Assembly: GCF_001194135.2 (NCBI RefSeq)
Contig: NC_068995.1
Coordinates: 31,120,070-31,184,069 of the forward strand
Length of the DNA: 64,000 nucleotides
DNA from: Octopus bimaculoides
Lineage: Eukaryota
Reading direction: 5' to 3'
The translations under genes were made by a program, and so were the position numbers. Positions 1-12,846 of the stretch are shown one piece after another (position 1 is the stretch's first letter; each line of letters begins with the position of its first letter). The notes below the pieces were generated by a model. The model was not told the origin of the DNA. It was given only the letters and a program-made list of their open reading frames with translations, and ran no database searches.

Positions 1-97
1 CAGAACCAGTCACTGGAATGGTTTGCTATCAGATTTCTTCATTTGTCTCTCATCAGTTCAATCAGAAATGACGTCAAATAGAAACGTTATTTTAGGC

Positions 98-230
98 ACC
101 TCTTTCTCTCTCTCTCTCGCTGTCTCTTTCTCTCTCCCTCACTGTCTCTTTCTCTCTCTCTCGCTGTCTCTTTCTCTCTCTCTCGCTGTCTCTTTCTCTC
201 TCTCTCGCTGTCTCTTTCTCTCTCCTCTGT
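98..230. repeat. CT-rich minisatellite (~22-24 nt unit) running up to an assembly gap
   Basis: Repeated tctctttctctctctctc(g/a)ctg units. Confidence 0.9.
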
Positions 231-964
231 CCCCCCACTCTATCATTTGANNNNNNNNNNNNNNNNNNNNNNNNNNNNNNNNNNNNNNNNNNNNNNNNNN
301 NNNNNNNNNNNNNNNNNNNNNNNNNNNNNNNNNNNNNNNNNNNNNNNNNNNNNNNNNNNNNNNNNNNNNNNNNNNNNNNNNNNNNNNNNNNNNNNNNNNN
401 NNNNNNNNNNNNNNNNNNNNNNNNNNNNNNNNNNNNNNNNNNNNNNNNNNNNNNNNNNNNNNNNNNNNNNNNNNNNNNNNNNNNNNNNNNNNNNNNNNNN
501 NNNNNNNNNNNNNNNNNNNNNNNNNNNNNNNNNNNNNNNNNNNNNNNNNNNNNNNNNNNNNNNNNNNNNNNNNNNNNNNNNNNNNNNNNNNNNNNNNNNN
601 NNNNNNNNNNNNNNNNNNNNNNNNNNNNNNNNNNNNNNNNNNNNNNNNNNNNNNNNNNNNNNNNNNNNNNNNNNNNNNNNNNNNNNNNNNNNNNNNNNNN
701 NNNNNNNNNNNNNNNNNNNNNNNNNNNNNNNNNNNNNNNNNNNNNNNNNNNNNNNNNNNNNNNNNNNNNNNNNNNNNNNNNNNNNNNNNNNNNNNNNNNN
801 NNNNNNNNNNNNNNNNNNNNNNNNNNNNNNNNNNNNNNNNNNNNTGGAATGCATTTAATCATAGGTCTGCATGATCTAAGCTGATCTGGGGCTAAACGAC
901 ACACAATTGTTCAGTTACTGATAAAATCAATTTCAGTTTTTTTTCTTTTATAAAATATTCACAG

Positions 965-1342
965 GTGCAGGCATGTGGTAAGAAGCTTGCTTGCGAACCA
1001 CATGATTCCAGGTTCAGTCCCACTGTGTGGCACCTTGGGCAAGTGTCTTTTGCTATAGCCTTAGGCTGGCTAAAGCCTTGTGAATGGATCTGGTACACGG
1101 AAACTGAAAGAAGCCCGTTGTATATAATGTGGGTTTGTGTCTGTGCTCATCCCCCATCACCGCTTGACAACCAGTCATGTTGTGTTTACGTCCTCCATAA
1201 CCAAGCTGTTTGACAAAAGTGTTTGATAAAATAAATACTACGCTTTAAGAAATAAATCCTAGAGCCAATTTGTTTGACTAAAACCCTTCAAGGCAGTGCC
1301 CTAGTATGGCCGCAGTTAAACAATTGAAACAAGTAAAAGATA
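965..1342 (+). mobile_element. tRNA-derived SINE family A, near full length
   Basis: Head ggtaagaagcttgctt..aaccaca..ggttcagtcccactg, body ttgggcaagtgtc..ggaaactgaaagaagcccg, (GT)n, tail ..gaaacaagtaaaaga; more than 15 homologous copies in this window. Confidence 0.85.
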
Positions 1343-3050
1343 ACATCTGTTTTGGCTTGGTTTCTATGGCTGGATGCCCTTCCTAACGCCAACCACCTTA
1401 CATAGTACCTGGTGCAGCCTCTGGCCTTGACAGTTCCTGTCAAATTGTCCAACCCATGCCAGCATGGAAAACGGATGTTAAATGTTGATTATGATTCAGA
1501 GATGGAGGGACAGTACCCATGGTATGACTGCTCATGTTAGTGACACTGATGCCTCTGGGGAAAAAATATAGGACAGATCCTGTCCCTTATAGTTCATTCT
1601 ACCCGCAACTAGATATTCCTCAAATCAACTTTACTGTCTTACTAAAAATATATAAAACATAGGTTGGTCCAGTGAATTGTGTCAGAGAGACTGGGTGGAG
1701 GTGGAGGTGTCGGGTGGATGTGTTGGATGGAGGTGTTGGGTGGTGGTGTAGGGTAGAGGTGCTGGGAGGAGGTGCTGACACCACCACCCAACACTTCCAA
1801 GACTCACCTTCAATGGGTAGAGGTGACTCGTGGGAGTGTCGCATGGTGTTTCATGGAGGTAATGGGTGGAAAGGTTAGGTAAAGATAGTGGGTAGAGAGC
1901 TTGGGTGGTAGGTTGAGCTGGTGAGTACACTGGTCCTTTTTAGCTGTGTTGGGGGTGAGGTGTTTATTCTCCCTAGGTTCCCAAAACACAGATTCTCAGG
2001 TTCTTAATCTTCCTGTAAAGTTTGTCACAGCATTTAAGACTCAGATTGTTGACATTAAGTCAGTTTTGCTTGAACAGATCAAAGACATTTCAGTGATCTT
2101 ATTTTAACACAGCGGAATGTGATTTGAGAGAGATTTGACTGCGATTTCTAAAAGATTAACTGATGCTATACAAGCTCCATTGTTGACTAAAAATGTTTGG
2201 CATGAAGCCGAGCTTGACCAAGCAGACCTATGATCAAAGTCATTCCAACCATGACCATCACTTTTCTCTCTGGCAGAGTGTAACTAGAACTACATTATCA
2301 AGTATGTCCTTACATTTTTCTTTAGGAAAAGTATGATTTGAGATAAAATTTGCTGCTATTTTTAGCAGGTTGAATGGCCAAGTAGTGCCTCTGATATTGT
2401 CTTGTAAGATCAAATATCATTTATGGTGCAATGATCTTCCATTTATGGCTAACCTTTCAATATAAATCAAACCTATTTATATCATCATTATTGTTCAATC
2501 AGACACACTGGAGCAAGCAGACTTAGATATCTTAACAGGGGCTCCAACACAATACAATGACTACAGTGAGATTTGAACTTGTGACCATGCAGTTTATAGT
2601 CCATTCCTTTCAACCGATTAAACACAAAGCAGTTTAGGTCACGTGCTGTGTGGTGGATGCTATGATTAATCTCAATCTGACATGTTTGACTCTTGTCACA
2701 CAACTCCCCCTATGATACAGATACAATACATTGAGTGCAAGTAAAGACCTAGTCCAGATGGAAGGGAGAGGGAGGTAAGTGTTCTCAGTCAGAGGAAAAG
2801 AATGCACAATACAAGACACTATATGGTTCACAATCGTTATCAATGTCTGGAATTAGTTTCATGATAGCAATGAAAATTAAAAAACAAATTTTCACGAGAC
2901 TTGTGATAAATTTTTTTTTTTGTTTATGGCTTTTTTTCTTTTTTCCCAACTTAGAAAATAGTTTCAAAGTTTGTCTAAATTTAGAACCACTGTGTCTGCT
3001 CCTCAATCTTTAACCAACATCTGTAGTACTCCCATGGTCAGCAATTTTGT

Positions 3051-3111
<61 letters not shown>

Positions 3112-3164
3112 TTACTTATCATTACATCATATTCTCTCTCTCTCTCACACACACACACACATAG

Positions 3165-3345
3165 AGTTATGGGTGTGGCTGTGTGGTTAAGAAGATTGCT
3201 TTGCAACCATATGGTTTCAGGCTCTGGCCCACTGCATAGCACCCAGGATAAGTGTCTTCTATTATAGCACTAGGCCAGCAAAAGCCTTGTGAGTGAATTT
3301 GGTAGAAAGAAACTGAAAGAGGCCCATCATGTGTGTGTGTGTGTG
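3165..3345 (+). mobile_element. SINE family A, 5' half
   Basis: Homology to 965-1342. Confidence 0.8.
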
Positions 3346-3752
3346 TGTATATACATACATATATATACACACACACACATATATATAGATACATAGACAC
3401 ACACATGCATACATACATATCATGTATACATACATATACATACATACATATCATGTATACATACATATACATACATACATACATATATACACACACATAC
3501 ACTAGCATAGCTAGTGGGGGGGGGGCAGTAGGAACGGTCTGCCCAGAGCAGCACTTTTGGGTTTACTGTAGGCAATATGTGTTTTTTGTGGGGTCTGTGG
3601 ACGGCAAATGGAAAGGCTGCCCTGAGTTGCACTCATTCTAGCTATGCTAGTGCACACACACATTTATATAAGAGGTTAAAATAACCATCTAAGGGATAGA
3701 AGTATCCATTATACTACTGGTGTATTACCTATGTTTAACTATGGGCATACAT

Positions 3753-4502
3753 ATGCAAGCATATTATGCTCATAAATTACAGGTAAAGACAGGGATAAAC
3801 ATGAGTTTATCAAGAATCAAAATTCAAAGAAAACAGGAAATGGAGAAATATTAATGAACAACAATTGACTTACATCAATTATTATTTATTAATTCAATAC
3901 AAATAAGACTGCATCCCATCTAACAGCTGTTTCTGCTTCCAATTGTATGGTATTGCCATTGATATGCTAAAAATATTTATATTCGGTAATGAAACCCATC
4001 TGAAACATGGAGTTTCATCAGAGTGAGGAATAGATAAAAAAAAAAAAAAGACCCTAGAGAAGAAAAAGGAAAAGTTGAATATGGTTCTAATCATACCATT
4101 TTGCTTGTGTATTTCATTGGGACATTAACATTCCAAAAAGACACACAAGCAAAATGGTATGATTACAACCATATTCAACTTTTTCTTTTTCTTCTCTAGG
4201 CTCTTTTTTTTTAATCTATTCTTCACTCTGATGAAACTCCAGGTTTCAGATGGGTTTCATTACCGAATATGATAAATATCTTTAGCATTTCAATGGCAAT
4301 ACCATACAACAATTCGAAGCAGAAACAGCTGTTAGATGGGATGCAGTCTTATTTGTATTGAATTAATAAATAATAATTGATGTAAGTCAATTGTTGTTCA
4401 TTAATATTTCTCCATTTCCTGTTTTCTTTGAATTTTGATTCTTGATAAACTCATGTTTATCCCTGTCTTTACCTGTAATTTATGAGCATAATATGCTTGC
4501 AT
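3753..4502. repeat. Long foldback inverted repeat, arms 3753-4110 and 4143-4502, 32-nt loop
   Basis: Right arm is the reverse complement of the left arm with few substitutions or indels (gcaagcatattatgctc... / ...gagcataatatgcttgc; ttttgcttgtgt / acacaagcaaaa). Confidence 0.95.
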
Positions 4503-4536
4503 TAGTATTTCTCCATTTGCTGTTTTCTTTATGTAT

Positions 4537-4569
<33 letters not shown>

Positions 4570-5182
4570 CACACACACACATTGTGTATGTGTTGTGTGA
4601 ATGTGTTTCTGTTTCCATGTATAGATATCATGTAAATGAGTGTCACTGTCATACAAGCAGTGTCATTCATTTTCAATATTCTGAGAAAACATGGAAACAG
4701 GTGAGGGATGGCAACAAGTAGGCATCCAGTCATAAAAAAAAATCTACCTCAATAAACTATCCAACCCATGCAAGCATAGAAAAGTGGATGTTAAAATGAT
4801 AATAATATACATGCACCCACACATACAAACACACACATTTACTTATCATTACATTATCTATATCATCTGTGTATGCGTGTATGTGCATACACACACACAT
4901 ACATACGAACATGCACACATATAGATTATATATAAATATATCATTATCATTTTTTTTTAGCATGGTGGAGGTTGGTGTGTATTACACACACACACACACA
5001 CACACAGATAAAGAGACAGAGACAGACAGACAAATATTTAGAATCCCGAGTTGTAATTTAGCTCCAGGTCAGCCTGACTGAGCAGACCTGTGATCAAAGG
5101 CATTACAAAATCATGACCCTCCTGCATGAAAGCATCTTGAACAATAGGGGGTTCCTAAATTATATTTAAAATTTATTGTAGG

Positions 5183-5480
5183 ATTTTCGAGCGAGATCGT
5201 TGCCAGTGCCCCTGGACTGGCTCTTGTGTGGGTGGCACATAAAATACACCATTTTGAACGTGGCCGTTGCCAGTACCGCCTGACTGGCCTTCGTGCGGGT
5301 GACACGTAAAAGCACCCGCTACACTCTCTGATTGGTTGGCGTTAGGAAGGGCATCCAGCTGTAGGAACTCTGCCAAATTAGATTGGAGCCTGGTGTTGCC
5401 ATCCGGTTTCACCAGTCCTCAGTCAAATCGTCCAACCCATGCTAGCATGGAAAGCGGATGTTAAACGATGATGATGATGA
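5183..5480 (+). mobile_element. Non-autonomous retroposon family C (tandem hairpin units, (GAT)n tail), young copy
   Basis: ttcgagcgagatcgttgccagtgcc...aaccc atgctagcatggaaagcggatgttaaacgatgatgat; nearly identical to 35890-36212; CpGs retained. Confidence 0.85.
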
Positions 5481-6404
5481 TAATGATTAAAGCTGAAATC
5501 CATCAGTCAACTTCTTTGCAATGAATGGAGGAGACCACATTAAAGTGTTCTGATGTTTCTGATAAAACTTTACTTGCCTATTTTTTTTTTCCAATAAACC
5601 GTGCTGAGTTACCCTTATTTTTCAATGCTTTTTTTTCTGAATTTTTCAAATTGCAAAGGTAATTTATGGTCACCTTGTTCATTATTTAATGTGCCCCTCT
5701 TATTGTCTTTAAGACAGTAAGATGTTATTTAAGGGAAATTTGGATGTTATTTCTAGCAAGTTCAGTGACTATCTAGAGGCTGTCTCATGTTATTAAAATA
5801 TTTGCAGTGGTCAATATTTTGTGGTGTTGGTGGGGACAAGTGGCTATTTCAATGATAAAGAAATTTAGCATTCTGTTCATAATAAAAGTTTTATAAACAA
5901 CAGCTTTTTCAAATTTCCCATAAATGTTAAAAAATACAACTTTTCTCTTCAGATGTATGAGGGGGCCCATATACAGTTGCTCATTTTGCTGGAAATAGAA
6001 GCCAAATCTTAAAAAGAAAGAAAGCAGTTATAACGTAATGTAGTCTCAAACAGTTTCAGAAGGACAGGATGGTCACTGCAGGAATATCATTGATTTTTAC
6101 CTGACTTGATCTTCTTTGCATCACAACCCACTTCCATAAATAAGCATAAACACAAATAATGTAGTCCTCGGTAAAAGGTGGGATGGATACAGGTGTAAAC
6201 ACCTTATAGATCTATTCAAAGAACATAGTGAGGAAGGACACATTTGAATGATGTAGTCCTAAGTACACAATGTCAAAATAAAAGATCCAATCATTACAGC
6301 TAGAAACACCTTTCATATAACAAATTCATTTAGTCAGAAGTGACCTGGGAAACAACAACACGTTCTTCTGAATTTTCCATTATTATTATTTGGAATGGAT
6401 GGGT

Positions 6405-7840
6405 ATGAGGGTACTTTGAAAATACCTCATGGAATGAATGATGACTGAGCCTAGCATGGTTAAGGGCTGTCCTTTGGCAAGGCATAGCACCTGTTCAGCC
6501 ACCCTGCCAGGGATACAGCAAAGTCATAGGACTGCAGCATGGTGGATTGTGAAGAGTCAGCGGAAGAGTTCAAGTCATCCAACAGTAATTCTTACATTGA
6601 CACTGAGCAGAGGAATCTTTGAAAATCAATGGTCAGGATCACCAATCTCTATCAAGAGAGTAACTGCAACACATCCACAGGGGTGCTGTCCATGGTTGTG
6701 TAATCAGCGAATGAAAGATTCACTATGACCGAAGCTCCCAATTCAGATTCATAATAATGGAATTGGATGGCGACAGAGAGTCATGGGAATCTGTGAAAGC
6801 ACAAAAAAACAAACAGGCCACTGCAATGAGGATTGTGTGGAATAGTGTAAGGAGTACTATAAAAGTTTTTGACAAAGAGTATGATTCACATTTGGTAACA
6901 TTTCCAAGAGTTTTGCTTCAATTTAATTTTCAATTTATTTATTTGTTGGTTTAATCAGAAAGTAAGGGACAAGCCCGTGACCTTTACAAACCCTTCAAGA
7001 TTGGTGACAGCGTTACTATTAGTATTCTTATGATGGTTGTAGGAAAAAAAAAACATGTTAGAGAGAAGGATTTCCAGTGGGGGGCATTTTGGGAAGGACT
7101 AGACATAGTGGTTAACGAGTGGATGTGGTACATGATCAGTAAGCTTTGAGGAGCAAAGACCACTGTAGTAGAAGAGGCAGAGAGAGAGAGAGGACACAGC
7201 ACATCTGTGGATCAGAGACTGGAGTGTGTTGGTATATGACTTCATGTTAATCAAGTGAAGAGTTTCTCTTTAATGCAGTCTACAATGTGAGTTTGTGTAG
7301 CTATAGCATTGTTTCAAATGTAGAAACAACTCTGCATGGATAACCTCACCTGGGTTTTGTAATGAGTCAGTAGTGAGTGGCAGGAAACTATTCTCAGTCT
7401 CTGAAGACGATCATTAGTACTTGTGATGTAGTGTTTATTATGCCTCTCTCAGTTGTGCTGCATGCACAGATTACCATGATTCTCTGTTGCTACCCCACCC
7501 ACTATTCCTGAGGGGGGTCGTGGGGACAGAATCCTCAGGCTTGAGTTGTGGTGAATCTTTCATTAGCTGATTACACAACCATGGACACCACCCTTATAGA
7601 TGTTCTTCATAGAGCTTGGTGATCTTCACCATTGATCTAGGATTCCTCCACTCAGCTTCAATGTAAGAAGCACCGTTGGCTCAGTTGAGCTCTTCTGTTA
7701 CTTCTTTCCAATCTACCATGCTGCCGTTCTATGACTTTGCTGTATCCCTGGCACAGTGGCTGAACAGGTGCCAAAGAACAACCCATAACTATGCAGGACA
7801 CGGTCATCACTCCATGAGGTATTTTCAAGATACCTGCACA
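6405..7840. repeat. Diverged inverted repeat pair, arms ~6405-6735 and ~7540-7840
   Basis: gaaaatacctcatgga, cctgttcagcca, ccagggatacagcaaagtcatag and ccatggttgtgtaatcagc at 6.4-6.7 kb recur as reverse complement at 7.5-7.8 kb. Confidence 0.85.
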
Positions 7841-8229
7841 TCCAACATATGTAGTAACCTTGAAAGTTCCAGTTGGGCACTGTTCATGTTTAGAAGTGCA
7901 GGTGTGATATAGAAAGCTTGCTTGATATATGCACTGATTGTGTCTTTGTGTTCTTGAAGGAGACAAAAATCAGCATGACCCATGAGAAAGTCTTCTAAAG
8001 ATTCTGATCAAGGAGTTAATACAGATTAGGTGTGAGGTGACTAAGTTGTTTGTGGATGATGCTTGGGTACAGAAAGTGAGGACAAATAAAGAGAAATAAT
8101 TGTCTGCATAGAAATAGATACTATTGAAAGTGATGTATAGGAAGAACAGTGTGGGAGAGAAAGTTGAACATTTGACACTATTTTGGTTTTTTAAAAACAA
8201 CTATGGGAGAGCCTTTATCATTATCATCA

Positions 8230-8430
8230 TTTAATGTCGGTTTTCCATGCCAGCATGGGTTGGATGGTTTGACATGCAGCTGACTAGCCAGAGAGCTGTC
8301 CAGGCTTCAATTATCTTGTTTTTACAAGGTTTCTACAGCTAGATGCCCTTCTTAACACCAGCCACTTTATAGAGTGAGATGAGTGTTTCTAATGTGCTAC
8401 CAGCATGGGTGCTGTTATGTGACACCAGCA
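8230..8430 (-). mobile_element. Family C 3' part, decayed
   Basis: atcatcatttaatgtc..ttttccatgccagcatgggttgga, the reverse complement of the family C tail. Confidence 0.7.
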
Positions 8431-8989
8431 TGTAAATATATAACACAGTGAGCTGATTAACTGAGATTATCTATGCAACTGGTAGACAAAAATTCAATCT
8501 AGGAGTGATTGAAATCTAAAAACAAGCAAAAAAAAAAAGAAAGAAAAGAGAATAGCTGTAAAATAATCAGCCAATCAAATTGGAGAGGAGGTTACTTTTA
8601 AAGCCACCTGGTGACAGACATATTTCAGTCCTATTAGACCTTATAAGCCAAATAAAACAATTTGCCACTCAGGATAAAATTATTCCTATTATAATAGTAA
8701 AACAAATGAAAAATAAAAACAAATTAATGATTTCTAATATAGGCAGATAATGAGGAGAAAGAAGAAGAGGCAGTTAATTGAATTGACTCCAATAAATATA
8801 AAAGTAAAAAAAGACACCTATTTTAGTTTGACTCAGGATGTAAAAAGAACATAATTACATTACCACAAGGTATTTTGTCTGCTATTCTACAGATTCTTCC
8901 AGTTAACAGTATACACCATTACTGCTGCTGCTGTTGCAACTGCTGCTGCTACTACTATCACCACCACTACCAATACTATTAATGATTTC

Positions 8990-9225
8990 AAATTTTGGCA
9001 TGAGGTCAGCAAGTTCAAGGGAAAAGGGGGCTAAGTCAATTACATTGATGCCCCCCCCTTCCTCAGTGCTCAACTGATACTTATTTTATCAACCCAGAAA
9101 GAATGATAGGCAAAATCGACCTTGGTGGAATTTGAACACAGAATATAAAAATGGGCAGATGCTGCTAAGCATTTTGCCTGGATTGCTAACAATTCGGTCA
9201 GTTTACCATCTTAATAATAATTTTC
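8990..9225 (-). mobile_element. tRNA-derived SINE family B
   Basis: ggcaaaatcgaccttggtggaatttgaacacagaa, the reverse complement of the B core ttctgagttcaaattc..aggtcgactttgcctttcatcc. Confidence 0.8.
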
Positions 9226-9749
9226 ACTTTCACATAACTTGACTTCGTTAAGCAAAAAATCTGGTGTGTTTATTTTAATGGCCTATCAATGTGTACAGCG
9301 AGTTTCTTTGCCCTAGGTGTTGGGAAGACACTCAGGAAGAAATGGAAACAAACAAAAAAATAATAGATTTACACATTGAATTAAAGAAGAACAGAACAAA
9401 TATTTTAGAGTTAATTAAATTGGTTAAATATAAAATCCCTCCATGAAAAAATGAAGAAAAGTCAGACTAATTTTTAAAAACTGAATGTCAAAAATTTGAT
9501 GATAGAGGTAATGAAATAAGATGATGGGTATAAAAAAAATATTTGGTAGCCAATACCCAAGTCTGAACTGCAGTAGTTGGTACCCAGTCGTATACTACAG
9601 CTTCAACATTTTGGAAGTGAACATAGGAGCTTAGGCAGAAAAATCAGAAAACTACATTTGTCTCACATTTAATTAATGTCATAAGTTTTTGTGGCAACAT
9701 ATTGATGTTGTGGAAGTAAAGGCAAGGCTTCCATTTTTGTCTTTAGTTC

Positions 9750-9781
<32 letters not shown>

Positions 9782-9949
9782 NNNNNNNNNNNNNNNNNNN
9801 NNNNNNNNNNNNNNNNNNNNNNNNNNNNNNNNNNNNNNNNNNNNNNNNNNNNNNNNNNNNNNNNNNNNNNNNNNNNNNNNNNNNNNNNNNNNNNNNNNNN
9901 NNNNNNNNNNNNNNNNNNNNNNNNNNNNNNNNNNNNNNNNNNNTGTGAC

Positions 9950-10900
9950 TTTGCAGATTTGGCTCACTTCCTTTTTGCTCAATCTTGCAGGAAATGAAGA
10001 ATCAAGAGATTCTTTTTCTCTTCAAATTTTTCTTTCTCCCTTGGCTATATTTTGTGCTATACTTTAATTTCATTCTTTTTTTTTTTTTTGTTACTTTCTA
10101 CTCCTTTTTAAACCTTTTCCTGGCTGTAATTAGCCATACGTTTATACTTTATTATTTCCTTATATAGAAGGAAAAGTTTACTTTGATTTGGTTCATGATG
10201 ATGATGATGATAATGTATTACGCTAGTCCGTCTACCTTTGATTGCTTCTATTTACCTAGACCCACTGCGGTTCCTTTGAAATAGTTTTCTATTTGTACCA
10301 GACCCGTCTTCCATTCAAATTTAGTATAATCTTACTCATATCAACTTCAGTGATTCCAAAACACAGTGATTAGTTTCCTGGCTTTTATTTCTAACTTCTT
10401 GAGTTGACTTCCAATTTATTTTACAGAAGCTGTGCATGTAACTGTCTATTGACTGGTGTATTTATACCTATAATCTTATTTCTGGCATTCAATTTTGTAT
10501 TTAATATTAGTCTAGACTGTTCTGTAGTACCTTCTCTCAATGTTCTCCTTCAATTCTAGGTTTTATCCTTTTTATCTATTCCTAACTACTTAAATGGCTG
10601 CGTCTCTTCAAATTTTCTTCCAATTCACAGCCAGAATCTAATTTGTTATTTTAAGTTTTAATTTACCTTTTCTCAAAGTAGCTCTAGCAGATTTTCTTTA
10701 ATCACATATTTCACTATCACAGCTGAATCCATGCAGTTTTTAATAGGTTCTTTAGTTGGGTGTTGTCTCTTGTAGATAGTTGTAAATCTTGCCTGCAAAG
10801 GATAATATAGTCCAAAGTTACATCAAAGTGCAAAACGCTCAAAACAGAAAAATGTCTTTTGGAATACGTGGGAATAAAAATTGTAGAAATAACTGATGCT
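9950..10900 (-). mobile_element. Decayed R4/Dong-like LINE, RT region
   Basis: Minus-strand peptides CRQDLQLSTRDNTQLKNLLKT (resembles YMDDLKLYA..QL..L..T) and LILNTKLNARNKIIGINT, typical of R4-clade ORFs; many stops and frameshifts. Confidence 0.65.
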
Positions 10901-10989
10901 TCTTGTATGATAAACAAACAAAAAGACCCTAATAAAGAACAAAAAAAAAAACAGCACAAAATATAACGGTCAAGATTTTTGATATGATA

Positions 10990-12325
10990 ATAATAATCCT
11001 TTCAACTATAGGCACAAAGTCTGAAATTTGGGGGCAGGGTTTAGTCACATTACATCAACCCCAGTGTTCAACTGGTACTTATTTCATCAACCCCCAAAAG
11101 ATAAAAGGCAAAGTCAACTTCAGTAGAATTTGAACTTGGGACATAAAGATTGAAGAAATGCTGCTAAGCATTTTGTCCAGCTGGCTAACAATTCTGCCAG
11201 TTCACCACCTTTATAATAATATTAACAAGATCACTCAGAGTGAAAACTTCTGCCAAGGCAACACTGACATCCTCTCAACGATTAACCAGAGATGATTTTT
11301 AAAATGAGATTATCTGAAATAAACTCGACTGCTCTCACAAACGAGAATACTGAAAATGAACCCAACCGCTCACAAAAATTAAGTCAAAAAACAGGAAAAA
11401 TAATCCAGAATCCTTGTCCAGTACCAGATCAATCCTAAAATCTAATCAGTTTGTGCCAGTTACAAGGCCAAACATCCCTGAAAGTTTCATCCAAATCCAT
11501 CCAGCATTTCTTGGAGATATCTTGTCCATGGACAACAAACACGACTGGAAACGATACCACTGCCTTTGCTAATAATGGTTTCAAACTTTGGCACAGGGCC
11601 AGCAATGTTGAGGGGGTGGGGTAAGTTGATTACACTGACCCCAGTATTCAACAGATATTTATTTTATTAACCCCCAAAGGATGAAAGGCAGAGTTGACCT
11701 TAGCAGAATTTGAATTCAGAATGTAAAGGTGGACAAAATGTTGCAAAGCATTTGGCTTCATGTGGAAATGATTCTGTCAGCTCACCACAATGATAATAAC
11801 CCTAACCCTTTCTACTGGAAGCACAAGGCCTCAAATTTGTGGGGAGGGACTAGTCAATTACATCGATCCAGTGTTTCACTGGTACGCAATTTATAGACCC
11901 TGAAGGGATAAAAGGCAAAGTTGACCTAGGCGGAATTTGAACTCAGAACATAGCGATGGGTGAAATACTGCTAAGCATTTTGTCCAGTGTGCAAATGATT
12001 CTGTCAGCTTACCGCCTTAATAATAGTGATAATGATTTCAAATTTCAAACAAGGTCAGTAATTTTGGGGGTGGAAGTAAGTTGACTTCATTGAGCCAGAG
12101 TTCAGCTGGTAATTATTTTATTGACCCCCAAAAGGATGACAGGCAAAGTCAACCTTAGCAGAATTTGAATACAGAGATCTAGATGGATGAAATGCTGCTA
12201 AGCATTTCACCTGGCATGTGAACAGTTCTGCTAGCTCACCGCCTTAAAAAAAAGGCAAAAAGTAATAATAAGGTAGAAGGCCAACAATTTTGTGGGGAGT
12301 GGGGTTAATTGATTGCATTGACTTC
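10990..12325 (-). mobile_element. Head-to-tail array of ~5-6 SINE family B copies with (AAT)n spacers
   Basis: Units at ~10992, 11575, 11795, 12030 and 12265, all with aaaggcaaagt(c/t)(a/g)ac(c/t)t..cagaatttgaa; same orientation. Confidence 0.85.
11222..11570 (+). mobile_element. Non-autonomous element of the ccgccaagg subterminal-repeat family
   Basis: acaagatcactcagagtgaaaacttctgccaaggcaacactgacatcctctc...; homologous along its length to 37410-37765. Confidence 0.75.
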
Positions 12326-12715
12326 AACAAAAGAGAATGACAAGAAAAAAACTAGGAAAATATAAAAAAATAAACTAAATAAAATCTAGTAACTGCTATG
12401 AGTAAGACAGTGACACACTGTAAACCTCTTTTGTCAGGATCAAACTGAAACTTTTTTATCAATTCAAGTGACACAAGAGTTTATTATTCAATGTCTCTCC
12501 TGCTCAGCCACCACCACCACCACCACTGCTTAATACAACCTCATACACACCCTGTTACCTTGATTTATATCTAGTTTTTTATTGTAGTGACTGTTGTGGG
12601 TTTTTTAAAAAATCTATTTTCACCATTATCAAGACACTCACCTCTTCATTTGTTCATATTCTATCAGTATTGATTAATGGAGGTGGAGTGGTGATTGTTT
12701 ACGTTTTATTTTGTG

Positions 12716-12846
12716 TTGGCTGTGTGGAAAGAAGGTCACTTCCCAACCCCATGGCTCCAGATTCAGTCCCACTGTGTGACACCTTGGGCCAACCAAAGCC
12801 TTGTGAGTAGATTTGGTAGAAGGAAACTGAAAGAAGCCCGTTGTAT
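12716..12846 (+). mobile_element. SINE family A head interrupted by a mariner
   Basis: Family A sequence ends at gaagcccgttgtata, immediately followed by the mariner TIR. Confidence 0.75.

Noticed and set aside
4225-4275. Hammerhead in the foldback arm (CTGATGA...GAAT)
   Set aside because: No stem II closes directly before a GAAA, and no stem I partner is present.
5111-5412. Recurrent ORFs such as MKPDGNTRLQSNLAEFLQLDALPNAN (also at 35.8 and 56.4 kb) suggesting a small gene family
   Set aside because: Antisense translations of family C repeat copies.
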